Shown here: in pieces, positions 1 to 11,023 of the stretch
Position numbering within the stretch: position 1 is the first letter of the stretch
Layout of the letters: the number at the start of each line of letters is the position of its first letter
Assembly: GCA_958267355.1 (NCBI GenBank)
Contig: OY279575.1
Coordinates: 1,246,295 to 1,310,294, forward strand
From: an uncultured Alphaproteobacteria bacterium
GTDB lineage: Bacteria > Pseudomonadota > Alphaproteobacteria > JALCBB01
Length of the DNA stretch: 64,000 bases
Reading direction: 5' to 3'
Program-made: the position numbers and the translations under genes
The notes under the pieces: generated by a model
Seen by the model: only the letters and a program-made list of their open reading frames with translations
Databases searched by the model: none
Told to the model about the DNA's origin: nothing

Positions 1-2
1 CG

Positions 3-362
3 GCTGTTGTGGGTACATTGCTGGCGGGATTATTGGCTCCGTTTAACTGGCAGGCGATGGAGATGCAACATTTTATTTTTGCTTGTCTGTTGGGTTTGCA
101 TGCGATTTTTTCGCATGCGGCGATTATTATTGCGTTTTCGTTGGCACCTGCTTCGCTAGCAACAGCGTTTGGCTATGTAGGAATTTTTTGGTCGGCATTG
201 TTCGGGCTGATTATTTTTGGAGTCCTACCCGACTTGCTGGCGTGGTTAGGGATTTTGCTGGTGGTGGCGAGTGGGATCTATCTGCTGTGGCGTGAGACGC
301 ACCACAAGCTGCCGCCAACGCCGTTGCAGCGTTTGCCTGTCCCCATGGACGATACCAACTAG
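3..362 (+). CDS. DMT/EamA-family transporter, C-terminal part (5' end outside window)
   Basis: Several hydrophobic helices; EamA-like C-terminus (APASLATAFGY...FG..PD...GILLVVASG); frame is open to the window edge. Confidence 0.75.
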   Translation, partial: AVVGTLLAGLLAPFNWQAMEMQHFIFACLLGLHAIFSHAAIIIAFSLAPASLATAFGYVGIFWSALFGLIIFGVLPDLLAWLGILLVVASGIYLLWRETHHKLPPTPLQRLPVPMDDTN

Positions 363-590
363 GGGCTATCCCTAACCCTGTGGGGCTTGTCTTTGCTCTG
401 TGGGCTATCGCTTGCCCCGTGGGGCTATTCCCTTCCCTGTGGGCTTGTCCTTGCCCTGTGGGGCTATCCCTGCCCCGTGGGGCTATTCCTTCCCCTGTGG
501 GCTTATCCCTGCCCTGTGGGCTATTCCCCGCCTTACAGAGCTATTTCCTGCCCTGTGAAGCCTATCCCTAGCCCTGTGGTGCTGGCTCTA
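361..590. repeat. Imperfect tandem repeat, ~20-bp unit (CCCTGTGGGGCTAT(T)CC...), ~10 copies
   Basis: ccctgtggg/ccccgtggg recurs about every 20 bp. Confidence 0.85.
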
Positions 591-602
591 ACTCCAAGGG
601 GG

Positions 603-630
603 TTGAAAGGGCGATTCGTTCGCCCTATAT
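603..630 (+). promoter_or_regulatory. Putative RpoH (sigma32) promoter of groESL
   Basis: TTGAA (603-607) ... CCCTATAT (623-630), just upstream of the CIRCE. Confidence 0.6.
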
Positions 631-638
631 ATCCTGTG

Positions 639-665
639 TTGGCACTCACCTAAGCAGAGTGCTAA
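639..665. promoter_or_regulatory. CIRCE element (HrcA operator)
   Basis: TTGGCACTC-N9-GAGTGCTAA, one mismatch to TTAGCACTC-N9-GAGTGCTAA; upstream of groES. Confidence 0.95.
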
Positions 666-689
666 CAGAGAGATTTCTCTGACATAGAC

Positions 690-742
690 ACGAAATCCAC
701 CCTTACGAAATCCACCTTTACGAAATCCACTAATACGAAACC
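690..742. repeat. 15-bp tandem repeat ACGAAATCCAC-NNNT x3.5 in the groES leader
   Basis: acgaaatccac at 690, 705 and 720; partial copy at 735. Confidence 0.85.
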
Positions 743-763
743 AACGGAGAACAGGAGAAAACC

Positions 764-1099
764 ATGAAATTTAGACCCCTACACGATCGGGTCCTGGTTC
801 GTCGCACAGAAGAAGACGAGCGCAGTGCGGGCGGGATTATCATCCCCGACACCGCCAAGGAAAAACCTTCACAGGGCGAGATTGTAGCCGCGGGTCCTGG
901 AGCCCGCGACGAGTCAGGCCGCTTGGTAACACTCGATGTCAAAGTCGGAGACCGCGTGCTGTTTGGCAAGTGGTCTGGCACCGAGGTTAAAGTTGGCGGC
1001 GAAGAGCTGCTGATTATGAAGGAGTCCGATGTGCTCGGCGTCATCGACGGCGGACGCAAAACCGCGAAGAAGGCAACAAAGAAAGCTGCAAAGCGTTAA
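764..1099 (+). CDS. groES: Co-chaperonin GroES with Lys/Ala-rich C-terminal tail
   Basis: [14 protein letters not shown]...[13 protein letters not shown]; SD AGGAG; tail [14 protein letters not shown]. Confidence 0.98.
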   Translation: MKFRPLHDRVLVRRTEEDERSAGGIIIPDTAKEKPSQGEIVAAGPGARDESGRLVTLDVKVGDRVLFGKWSGTEVKVGGEELLIMKESDVLGVIDGGRKTAKKATKKAAKR

Positions 1100-1120
1100 C
1101 TTTGTGCTGATCGCGATTGA

Positions 1121-2803
<1,683 letters not shown>

Positions 2804-2844
2804 GCCTATCCCTTATCTCTAACCTTCGTTTTCATTCCCACCCT

Positions 2845-2878
2845 GGGGGTACTGCCACGCAGTACCCCCTTTTTCTTT
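2845..2878 (+). terminator. Rho-independent terminator after groEL
   Basis: GGGGGTACTGC-CAC-GCAGTACCCCC followed by a T-run. Confidence 0.9.
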
Positions 2879-2931
2879 AAGCCTTGTTAAGAAGCCTTGC
2901 TGCTTAAGCCTTGAAGCTTCCAAACCCCGCT

Positions 2932-3501
2932 CTACGATTGCGGAGCTTCTAAGCCCCAGGCGTGCCAGCCTGGGTGGTGGGTGCGGGCAAAGAGTTCAAT
3001 TTTGCTCTGGTCAGGAAACATCTCAGCAATACGGACTCGCACTTCGTCAGGCTTGGCAGAATGCACGCCACGCTCGGCTTCTAAGTATTGCCGCACATTG
3101 CGTGCTCCCCTCGGTTGGGGAATTCGTCCGCGTTTGAAGACCAAGCACAGCTCGCATTGCGACAAGGTATAAAAACCCGGATTGGTGCGTAGCTTGTTCC
3201 AAACAAAAGCCACAGTCGCCCAAGAAAAACCCCACGCCTTGCCTAAGTCTATCGCTTGGTCTAAGTGCGGATTACTGCTCCACAGAAACAACAGCGCGTC
3301 TGCTTCGCAGATCGAGTCTATCGGCCACTGTGCCATTGCATCCAACGGCACAGTCGGATAATGGCGCACCGCTCCACCCGAGTCGCCACTGCCCACACCC
3401 GCGTGTTGGAGTTGTCCCTTGTAATCCCACGGCGGGTCAGCATACAAAATCGCAAACCGCGAACGCGGAAGCGGCGGCATAGTCGCAGGCATAACAGTCA
3501 T
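2932..3501 (-). CDS. MT-A70 family N6-adenine methyltransferase
   Basis: ILYADPPW, LFLW, FVWNK, E.CL...RG, HSAKP and KIELFAR...GW.AWG motifs. Confidence 0.9.
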   Translation of the reverse strand: MTVMPATMPPLPRSRFAILYADPPWDYKGQLQHAGVGSGDSGGAVRHYPTVPLDAMAQWPIDSICEADALLFLWSSNPHLDQAIDLGKAWGFSWATVAFVWNKLRTNPGFYTLSQCELCLVFKRGRIPQPRGARNVRQYLEAERGVHSAKPDEVRVRIAEMFPDQSKIELFARTHHPGWHAWGLEAPQS

Positions 3502-3528
3502 ACAAAAACTCGCATAGAAGCCACACCC

Positions 3529-4248
3529 CTAACGCGGCTCGTGTCCGCGACGCGGTTTGGGTTTGGGTGCGGGCGTATCCTTGCGCGGCTTTTGGGACTT
3601 GCCAAGCGGTACAGGCTCAACGGCACCTGTAAGACCTTCCAAGCCGCCAAGCCGCAACTCTAGGGCAAGAAACCGCATCGTCTCACTGCGTAGGCTTGCC
3701 GCTCCATGCCATGGGAGAAATAATCCACGCTCGGCGGCAAGACGAAACCCAAAAGCACGGTAATACTCAGGCTCACCGATAAGCACAGCTCCACGCCAGC
3801 CTGCCCGCCGTCCTGCCGCTAGATGTTCGGCAAGCAGGGTTTTGCCTATTCCCTGTCCGCGTAGCGAAGGCTCAACGGCAAGCGGACCTGCAAGAATAAG
3901 CGGCACTTTTTCTTTGCCCGTTTTCTTGCCCGTTTTTCTGCCCGTTTCCTTGCTCGTTTGCTTATCACTTTGCTGGCTCGTTTCCTTGACCGTTTCCTTG
4001 CTAGTTTCTGTGTCGCTGTCCTTGCCCACCTGGACTTCCCAGCCACGGACCACACCCAAAAGACGCGCCGCCCCTGACGCATCCTGTGCTTCAGCGACAC
4101 GACACAAACCCGCTATCGGTTTGCGTCCTTGGCGGAACAACTCCGAGCGACGCAAATGCCGCTCGCCGCCAAAGGCACGGTCTAAAAGCCGCTCAATCTG
4201 TTCTGTATCTGCTACGCGTTCTGCGCGTGTGCGCCAAGCCGCCGACAT
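3529..4248 (-). CDS. GNAT N-acetyltransferase (YhbS-like) with internal low-complexity insert
   Basis: GPLAVEPSLRGQGIGKTL, VLIGEPEYYRAFGF. Confidence 0.85.
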   Translation of the reverse strand: MSAAWRTRAERVADTEQIERLLDRAFGGERHLRRSELFRQGRKPIAGLCRVAEAQDASGAARLLGVVRGWEVQVGKDSDTETSKETVKETSQQSDKQTSKETGRKTGKKTGKEKVPLILAGPLAVEPSLRGQGIGKTLLAEHLAAGRRAGWRGAVLIGEPEYYRAFGFRLAAERGLFLPWHGAASLRSETMRFLALELRLGGLEGLTGAVEPVPLGKSQKPRKDTPAPKPKPRRGHEPR

Positions 4249-4271
4249 TGCCTTGCCTAACTCTTACGATT

Positions 4272-4415
4272 CCGTTGCTGTCTTGTTGCCTGTCCTGTGG
4301 CTTGCCTTGTTGCTGTCCTGTGGCTTGCCCTGTTGCTGTCCTGTGGCTTGCCTTGTTGCTGTCCTGTGGCTTGCCTTGTTGCTGTCCTGTGGCGTGCCCT
4401 GTTGCTGTCCTGCTT
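4272..4415. repeat. 23-bp tandem repeat CCTGTGGCTTGCC(T/C)TGTTGCTGT, ~5 copies
   Basis: Seen directly between the GNAT and DUF924 genes. Confidence 0.9.
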
Positions 4416-4451
4416 GCTGTTCTGTTGCGGAGCTTTGTCTGCTTTGCGTGG

Positions 4452-5021
4452 CTACTGTCCGAACCGCACGGAAGGATCGCGCAAAAATTCTTCTTCTTCA
4501 GGCGTAGTCTCCCGCCCCAAGACTTCATTGCGATGCGGAAACCTGCCAAAGCGGGCAATTATTTCGTGGTGTTTCTTAGCGTAGAGCATTAGCTCCTCGC
4601 TATCGCCCAAGGAGGCAAAGAGAGCAAGCGAGCGTTCTTGGTCTTCTAGCCGTTCGCTATGTTCAAAGGGCAGGTACAGAAACACGCGTTCTGGGATCAT
4701 CAAGGTGCGGTCTTGTCCGCGTTCAATTGCGGCGGCACTGACGCGGCGGGCTTGGGCGTCGCTGGCAAAGGCTCGTGCGGTACGGCGGAACAGATTGCGT
4801 GGCACTTGGTCTAGCAACAAAACCAGAGCCAGCGAGCCATGCGGAGTCTCTACCCAAGAGTCCAAACGTTGGGCGGCGGCAAGGCTATGGGCTTCGCTCA
4901 GTTGGAGGCGAATTTCTTCATCAAAGCCCGAGTCAGAGGAAAACCACTGCTCTTGTCGGCCTTCCCTGAACCAGAAGTCCAGAATGCCCTGGGCGTCGGT
5001 GATGGAAGCAAGGCTCGTCAT
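4452..5021 (-). CDS. DUF924 family protein
   Basis: ILDFWF, LLDQVPRNLFR, YLPFEHSE, HHEIIARFGRFPHRN. Confidence 0.93.
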   Translation of the reverse strand: MTSLASITDAQGILDFWFREGRQEQWFSSDSGFDEEIRLQLSEAHSLAAAQRLDSWVETPHGSLALVLLLDQVPRNLFRRTARAFASDAQARRVSAAAIERGQDRTLMIPERVFLYLPFEHSERLEDQERSLALFASLGDSEELMLYAKKHHEIIARFGRFPHRNEVLGRETTPEEEEFLRDPSVRFGQ

Positions 5022-5067
5022 AAAGCAAGACTAGGCGTAGAGACTCCATACGGCAAGAAGTGGTGCT

Positions 5068-6366
5068 GTGAGCGGTGCTATTCTGGTTTTTGTGTTGTCG
5101 CTGACTGATAGTTCTGTGCGTCTTTCGCTGGCGGAAGCTCTGGCGCGTTTGGAGCGTGATTTCGCGCCTGCGCGGCGTCTGGTGGATAGCTCCGAGCAGG
5201 TGCCGCTTGCCGAGGCGTTAGGGCGGGTTCTGGCGGAGCCTGTACTTGCTGGGCGGGCTGTTCCGCCAACCGACAACGCCGCCGTGGATGGCTGGGCGTT
5301 TTGCCATGACGGGGCAGAGGGTAAGGCACAGGGTGGGACAAGCGGGGCGCGGATTTCGTTACAGGTTATTGGCCGTGCGGCGGCAGGTCATCCCTTTGAC
5401 GGAGTGGTTAAGTCGGGGCAAGCGGTGCGTATCTTTACGGGTGCGGCTTTACCGCAAGGAGCCGATACGGTGGCTCCTGAAGAAGTTTGTGAAGTTGGCG
5501 GTGATCTTGTTGCGGTGCCTGCTGACTTGCAGGCAGGAAGCAACGCTCGCAAAGCAGGAGAAGACTTAACGCAAGGGCAAGAAGCTTTACCTGTGGGGCG
5601 GCGCTTGCGTCCGCAGGATGTGGGTTTGGCGGCGGCGTGTGGTCTGGGGCGGGTTGCGGTGCGGCAGCGTTTGTCGGTGGCGGTATTTTCCAGCGGAGAT
5701 GAATTGATTGACCCGCCACAAGAACCAGATGCGGCGGGGGTATGGGATAGCAATCGGGCAATGGTTTGCGCTTTGCTTTCGGCTCTTGGCTGCGTTGTGG
5801 AAGATGGAGGAATTTTACCCGATGCACGACAGGCGACAGAGTCGGCTTTGGCACGGGCGGCGGAAAGTCATGACCTTGTTTTGGCATCGGGCGGAATGTC
5901 TGCGGGCGAGGAAGATCATCTACGCCTTGCCGCTGAGTCTTTGGGCGGACTTTCTTTCTGGCGGCTTGCCATTAAGCCCGGCAGACCTATTGCTTTAGGA
6001 CAAATTTGCCAAACGCCATTTGCGGGTTTGCCTGGGAATCCTGTGGCGGCGTTTGTGACTTTTGTGGTTTTTGTGCGTCCGTTGATTTTGCGTCTGACGG
6101 GAGCTATTCCCGAGCCGCCGATTGGTGTTCCTGTGGCGGCAGGATTTTCTATGGCGAAGAAGACAGGCAGGCGTGAGTGGGTGCGGGTATCGCTTTGCAC
6201 TGATGCGGCGGGTCGGGTTTATTGTGAGAAGTTCCCGCGTTCTGGGGCGGGTATTTTATCGTCTCTGACCGAGACCAGTGGCTTGCTGGAGTTGGCTGAA
6301 GACCTAGACAGGGTGGAAGCGGGTGCGGTTTATCCGTTTTTGTCTTTTTCTTCGCTGATCTATTAG
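5068..6366 (+). CDS. moeA: Molybdopterin molybdotransferase MoeA (start uncertain)
   Basis: ALGRVLAE, DNAAVDGWA, RIFTGA, SSGDEL, IKPGRP, GLPGNP. Confidence 0.95.
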   Translation: MSGAILVFVLSLTDSSVRLSLAEALARLERDFAPARRLVDSSEQVPLAEALGRVLAEPVLAGRAVPPTDNAAVDGWAFCHDGAEGKAQGGTSGARISLQVIGRAAAGHPFDGVVKSGQAVRIFTGAALPQGADTVAPEEVCEVGGDLVAVPADLQAGSNARKAGEDLTQGQEALPVGRRLRPQDVGLAAACGLGRVAVRQRLSVAVFSSGDELIDPPQEPDAAGVWDSNRAMVCALLSALGCVVEDGGILPDARQATESALARAAESHDLVLASGGMSAGEEDHLRLAAESLGGLSFWRLAIKPGRPIALGQICQTPFAGLPGNPVAAFVTFVVFVRPLILRLTGAIPEPPIGVPVAAGFSMAKKTGRREWVRVSLCTDAAGRVYCEKFPRSGAGILSSLTETSGLLELAEDLDRVEAGAVYPFLSFSSLIY

Positions 6367-6376
6367 GGGTTTGCAA

Positions 6377-6649
6377 ATGGCGGAAACAATCCAGCTGAAG
6401 ACTTTTGCTTGGGTGCGGGAAGCGATTGGCACTGACGAACAGGCTTGTCCTTTGCCGCAGGTGCGCGGTGGAGCGTCTGTGCGCGATTTACTAGACGCAC
6501 TGGCGGGACGCGATGAAGCGTGGCGGGGCTTATTGGCGAGTCGCCGTGAGCAGTTGTGCTTTGCGGTTAATCACAAGCTTTGCGGACAAGACCAAGTTCT
6601 TGCCGCAGGAGATGAAGTGGCGATTTTTCCGCCCATCACGGGGGGGTAG
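6377..6649 (+). CDS. moaD: Molybdopterin synthase sulfur carrier MoaD
   Basis: FAWVREAIG, AVNH, DEVAIFPPITGG C-terminus. Confidence 0.93.
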   Translation: MAETIQLKTFAWVREAIGTDEQACPLPQVRGGASVRDLLDALAGRDEAWRGLLASRREQLCFAVNHKLCGQDQVLAAGDEVAIFPPITGG

Positions 6650-6761
6650 CTTTTGGCGGGAGGGCAATTCCGTGCTTTTCGCGGCGGGATAATTTCTGTG
6701 GCTAACTTTTACTGTGGCTAACTTTTACTGCTAACCCTAACGCTAGCTCTACTAGCAACAA

Positions 6762-6907
6762 GGGGCGGAATTGCTCCATCTAATCGGTGGGGGAATTGCC
6801 CCATCTAATCGGTGGGGGGAATTGCCCCATCTAATCAGTCGGGGAATTGCCCCATCTAATCGGTGGGGGAAATTGCCCCATCTAATCAGTGGGCGGAATT
6901 GCCCCAG
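6762..6907. repeat. ~26-bp tandem repeat with hairpin core GGGG-AATTG-CCCC-ATCTAATCRGT, ~5.5 copies
   Basis: Seen directly between convergent moaD and bamE. Confidence 0.9.
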
Positions 6908-6911
6908 CGGA

Positions 6912-7412
6912 CTAACGAGTCGGAGTCGGTGTATTAAAGCGCCCGAAGTTTCCGACAAATTGTTGCCATAGAGTGAATTGTCGTCCTGGCGTTGGTGTGG
7001 TGCGAGCGCGTGGAATAATTAATTGTCCGTTGTCGTAGGTTAGAATTTCGCGCTCACTGACGAATCCTGTTTCGTCAAAGTGCAGGACAATAATTCGTCT
7101 ATCTAGCACTTTGGTGTCGTGGTAGGTTTTTTGTGAAGTTCGCTCGCCGATGTAGAGCCAGGTTTCGCCTTCGTCTGTGCCGCGTAGCATGCGCCGTGTG
7201 CTGGGCTCGCCAAGGAAGCTACGCACGGCATCGCGGTTGAGTGATTCGCCTTCTAAGACGGCGATATCTGCGTCTTCTAGGAAGTGTCCGCGGGTGGCGA
7301 GTCGTTCCTGACAGGCTGACAGAGCCAGCAGGAGTGCAAGCCCCACTGCCAGCCATAGGGGGCGTAATCCTACGGGCTGGGCGGGTGCGCCTTGGGGGTG
7401 GAAAGTAGCCAT
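6912..7412 (-). CDS. bamE: Outer membrane protein assembly factor BamE (lipoprotein)
   Basis: Lipobox LSAC, V...LGEPS, TWLYIG, LHFDETGFV, QFVGNFGRF; divergent from cbp3 as usual. Confidence 0.88.
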   Translation of the reverse strand: MATFHPQGAPAQPVGLRPLWLAVGLALLLALSACQERLATRGHFLEDADIAVLEGESLNRDAVRSFLGEPSTRRMLRGTDEGETWLYIGERTSQKTYHDTKVLDRRIIVLHFDETGFVSEREILTYDNGQLIIPRARTTPTPGRQFTLWQQFVGNFGRFNTPTPTR

Positions 7413-7484
7413 TGCTGTAATTTGTCCTCGGACAAGTCCGCGTGGAAGAATCATAGCCAATTCGCCTATACAATACCAAGTGTT

Positions 7485-8243
7485 ATGCAAAGGACAATTT
7501 CTAGGCTTGTCGCTTCTAGGCTTGTTGCTTCTAAGTCAGCGGCTTCTAGGTCAGCCGCTTCTAAGCCTGCTGTGGGCTCGGTGGCGATGACAGGCGCGGC
7601 GGTTTCTACGCTCTATGCGGACTTAGTTACGGCGACTCGGGCTCTGGGCTGGGCGGACTCTGCCGAGCCTGTGCGGGCGGGGCAGTGGCTTCGTCCGCAA
7701 TGGGAGGCACAGGTTCTGGTCTATTGTCTGCTCCACGAGCGGATTGTCGGTGAAGCGGCGGAGCAATCTGTTCAGCAGGCGGATGGTTTAACGCCTCGGG
7801 CTTTTGCCCAGAGTGTTTTTGATTTGATGACCTATGACTGGGATCAGACTTTGCGTGTCCGTGGTTCGGGAGATGCTAAGACAGTTCGTTTAATGCGGCA
7901 TTTGGGGCAGGGGTTTTACGGACGCATGCAGGGGTATCAAGAAGCCGTGGCACAGGATAGTCATCAAGCCCGCGAGCGGGCTTTGGCGGAAATGCTTGCG
8001 CGTACTTTGTTTGCTGATAGCGTGGATGATGATTCCATTGCGGAGTCTGCGCGTCGGGTGGGGCGGGAAGTTTTGGCGTTGCGGGAAGCTTTACGGCTTC
8101 GTGATGTGGCGGAAGTTTGGGCGGGGGTTTGTTTGACGGCGGCGGTGCGGTCTATGGGTGTGGCGAGACAAGAAGCCGAGGCAAAGTCAGAGCCAAAAGC
8201 CGAGGCAAGGGCAAAGCCAGAGTCCGAACGGGGAGTTGCGTAA
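7485..8243 (+). CDS. Ubiquinol-cytochrome c chaperone (Cbp3-like)
   Basis: AQSVFD...D.TLR..G.GD...MRHLGQGFYGRM..Y; conserved position between bamE and yceD. Confidence 0.8.
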   Translation: MQRTISRLVASRLVASKSAASRSAASKPAVGSVAMTGAAVSTLYADLVTATRALGWADSAEPVRAGQWLRPQWEAQVLVYCLLHERIVGEAAEQSVQQADGLTPRAFAQSVFDLMTYDWDQTLRVRGSGDAKTVRLMRHLGQGFYGRMQGYQEAVAQDSHQARERALAEMLARTLFADSVDDDSIAESARRVGREVLALREALRLRDVAEVWAGVCLTAAVRSMGVARQEAEAKSEPKAEARAKPESERGVA

Positions 8244-8282
8244 GGGCTCGTATCTGCGGGTTTGGGTGCGCGAATAGGGTTT

Positions 8283-9071
8283 ATGCGGAATTCCTTTTCT
8301 TCGTCTGGGGGGCAGGCTGGGGAGCAGACTGACACGCAAGCTGAGTCTCGAGCTGGCTCTGCGGGTGCGGAATTTTCGCACAGGATTGCTCTAGCTGAAA
8401 TCAGCTCTCGCGGACTTAGCCTATCCCTAGAAGCCAACGCGCAGGAGCGACAAGCGGTCGCGGAGCGATTGCGTCTTGTGGCGGTAGCACACTTGGCGGG
8501 AAGTTTTACGCTTATGCGTGAAGCGGCGGGGGTAATCCGTGCCGAGGGTAAGTTAGAAGCGCGTTGCACGCAGACTTGCGTGGTTTCGCTGGAGCCTTTG
8601 ACTCGTGAAGTTCGCAAGTCTTTGCGGGTGCGGTTTTTTCCGCGGGCGGCGGCACAGGAAGCCACGCCGAGGGGAAAGACAGAGAGGGGAAAGACAGATA
8701 CGCGAAGCAATGCGCCTAGAGAAACTGAAACTAGAGCCAAAGCTGGAACAACTGGCGCAAAGTCTTCACGGGCTTCTGCGGTGGGTTCTGGCTATGACTT
8801 GATTGCGGATCCGTTTGCTACGGATGAAGAAGATGCACTTTTTTATAGTGGTCTTGCGGGGCCTGATTTGGGCGAGGCTTTGGTGCAGGAGTTGGCGTTA
8901 TCGCTGGATCCATATCCGAGGCGTGAAAACGCGGCTTTGACCCAGACCACCTGGGGCGAAGAAGCGGGAGACGATAAAGCGAGAGATGATAAAGCGGGAG
9001 ACAAAGTAGGAAATGAAGCAGGTAGCGAAGCGGCAGATGATACGGCGACAGGCACGGGTTCCAAGCCTTAG
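8283..9071 (+). CDS. YceD/DUF177 family protein with low-complexity inserts
   Basis: QTCVVSLEP, DLGEALVQELALSLDPYPR; upstream of rpmF. Confidence 0.88.
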   Translation: MRNSFSSSGGQAGEQTDTQAESRAGSAGAEFSHRIALAEISSRGLSLSLEANAQERQAVAERLRLVAVAHLAGSFTLMREAAGVIRAEGKLEARCTQTCVVSLEPLTREVRKSLRVRFFPRAAAQEATPRGKTERGKTDTRSNAPRETETRAKAGTTGAKSSRASAVGSGYDLIADPFATDEEDALFYSGLAGPDLGEALVQELALSLDPYPRRENAALTQTTWGEEAGDDKARDDKAGDKVGNEAGSEAADDTATGTGSKP

Positions 9072-9227
9072 CTTTAAGTCTGAAATCTGGAGTGCGGAAA
9101 ATCTGGATTGAATTTGTGGCAATTTGCTAAAAACTGCGCTTTAACCTATCTTTACGGCAGTTAACGGCTCTACTTCTAGGCAAGGACTGGGCTTCTAAGG
9201 GCTTAGTTTTTAGCGAAAGGCTTTGTT

Positions 9228-9416
9228 ATGGCAGTTCCTAAGAGAAAAACGACTCCGAGCAAGCGCGGCTTGCGGCGGAGCCACGACAGCTTGCGCCAGG
9301 CTTCCCCTGCTTGGGTGGAGGACAAAGACAGCGGCGAGCTGCGCCGCCCGCATCATATTGACCTAAAAACGGGTCAGTACAACGGAAGGGAAGTCCTGCC
9401 ACCATCCGAGCGTTGA
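9228..9416 (+). CDS. rpmF: 50S ribosomal protein L32
   Basis: [29 protein letters not shown]. Confidence 0.97.
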   Translation: MAVPKRKTTPSKRGLRRSHDSLRQASPAWVEDKDSGELRRPHHIDLKTGQYNGREVLPPSER

Positions 9417-9516
9417 GTTGGTGGCGGAATGCATTCCCGCCGTGTTTGTGTGTATTTTCTTGTCGTGTTTTTTTGCTGTCTGGCTGTATTTTTCTGTTCG
9501 GCGTGGTTGGTAGTGG

Positions 9517-10593
9517 ATGGGTAGGCACGCGGTGGGCGGTTCTGAGATTACTCTAGCGATTGATGCGATGGGCGGAGCGCATGCGCCGCCTGTTGCTGTG
9601 CGGGGTGCGACTTTGGCGTTGCAGGATCATCCGCGTTTGCGCTTTCTGCTGTTCGGAGATGAACAGGCTTTGGCGCATGAGCTTAAGCGTAAGGGCAATG
9701 CGGCGTTGCGCTCGGTTGCGGAAATTTGCCATGCCCCTGATAGGGTGGCTGATGATGATAAGCCTTCGGCGGCGGTGCGGCGTGGACGCGAGTCATCTAT
9801 GTGGCTGGCTTTGCAGGCGGTTGGAGAAAAGCGGGCGATTGCTGCGGTTTCGGGTGGCAATACGGGGGCTTTTATGGCGATGGCGCGTTTGAACCTGAAG
9901 CCGATGGAAGGTGTGCATCGTCCTGCGATTGCATCTTTTTTGCCGAGTGCTAAGGGGCCAATTGTTTTGCTTGACCTTGGAGCGACTGTGCAATGTTCGG
10001 CACGGAATTTGGTTGAATTTGCGATTATGGGTACGGCGTTTGCGCATTCGGTTTTGGACAAGGAAAATCCGACTTGTGCTTTGTTGAATGTTGGCGAGGA
10101 AGATGTAAAGGGACACGAAGAATTGCGCGAAGCGGCGCGGTTGATGCAGAATGTGGAGATTTCGGGTGCGTTTATTGGTTTCGTTGAAGGACACGATATT
10201 GCGCAAGGTGGTGCGGATGTGATTGTCACCGATGGGTTTACGGGCAACATAGCTCTCAAGACTGCTGAAGGGGCGGTTAATTTACTGAATGATACTTTGC
10301 GGCAAAGGCTTAAGGCTTCGCCTTTGTCTAGGCTTGGGGCTTTGCTGGTGGGTCCGTCGTTGAAGCGTGGTTTGTCGCGTTATGATCCGCGGCACCACAA
10401 CGGAGCTGTATTTCTGGGGCTAGATGGCTTGGCAATCAAAAGCCACGGACGCATGGACGAAATCGGCTTTGCGCGGGCGATTGAAGTTGCGGCGGCTTTG
10501 TCGGAGCATGATTTTCTGCACCAAGTTCAGGATGCAATTGCCCGCCAACCAGACCAAGCCACGGCGCAATCTGAATCTTCTGTACCTGCTTAG
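9517..10593 (+). CDS. plsX: Phosphate acyltransferase PlsX
   Basis: AIDAMGG, SGGNTGA, LDLGA, DGFTGNIALKTAEG, IKSHG. Confidence 0.96.
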   Translation: MGRHAVGGSEITLAIDAMGGAHAPPVAVRGATLALQDHPRLRFLLFGDEQALAHELKRKGNAALRSVAEICHAPDRVADDDKPSAAVRRGRESSMWLALQAVGEKRAIAAVSGGNTGAFMAMARLNLKPMEGVHRPAIASFLPSAKGPIVLLDLGATVQCSARNLVEFAIMGTAFAHSVLDKENPTCALLNVGEEDVKGHEELREAARLMQNVEISGAFIGFVEGHDIAQGGADVIVTDGFTGNIALKTAEGAVNLLNDTLRQRLKASPLSRLGALLVGPSLKRGLSRYDPRHHNGAVFLGLDGLAIKSHGRMDEIGFARAIEVAAALSEHDFLHQVQDAIARQPDQATAQSESSVPA

Positions 10594-10704
10594 AGACTTG
10601 CCGAGCCTTAGAGACTTGCCGAGCTTTGTACGGATATTTTTACTGAATCGCTATACAATCGGTTCGTCAAACCGCTTTACAATTGCTTTACAAACGCTTC
10701 TGCC

Positions 10705-11022
10705 CTGATTGCCCCCTACTGCCCTAGCTTTGCTCCCCTGTAAGCCTTGTCTATACCCCTACGCTCCATAGCCCCCTATCGCCCCTGTAAGCCCTTCTAG
10801 CCCCCTTACGCTCCATAACCACTCCATAGCCCCCCTATCGCCCCTGTAAGCCCTTCTAGCCCCCTTACACTCCATTACCACTCCATAACCGCTCCATAGC
10901 CCCCTACTGCCCCTGTACGCCCTTCTAGCCCCCTTACGCTATCGCCTTATCCCCTATCCCTCACCTAATCCCCCCTACCCCCCCTTAAATCCCCCCCCTT
11001 TCCCCTATCCCCCCCTTCCCCC
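10705..11022. repeat. C-rich imperfect tandem repeats (CGCCCCTGTAAGCCCTTCTAGCCCCC...) between plsX and fabH
   Basis: Recurring ~50-60 bp and shorter units, ending in poly-C tracts. Confidence 0.8.
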
Positions 11023-11023
11023 T

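Noticed and set aside
380-653. Small Cys/Pro-rich or hydrophobic ORFs in repeat tracts (also near 4297, 6771, 15540, 43733, 44802, 61839)
   Set aside because: They are translations of tandem repeats, without RBS or recognisable family features.
6762-6907. CRISPR-like palindromic repeats
   Set aside because: Units are head-to-tail with no spacers.
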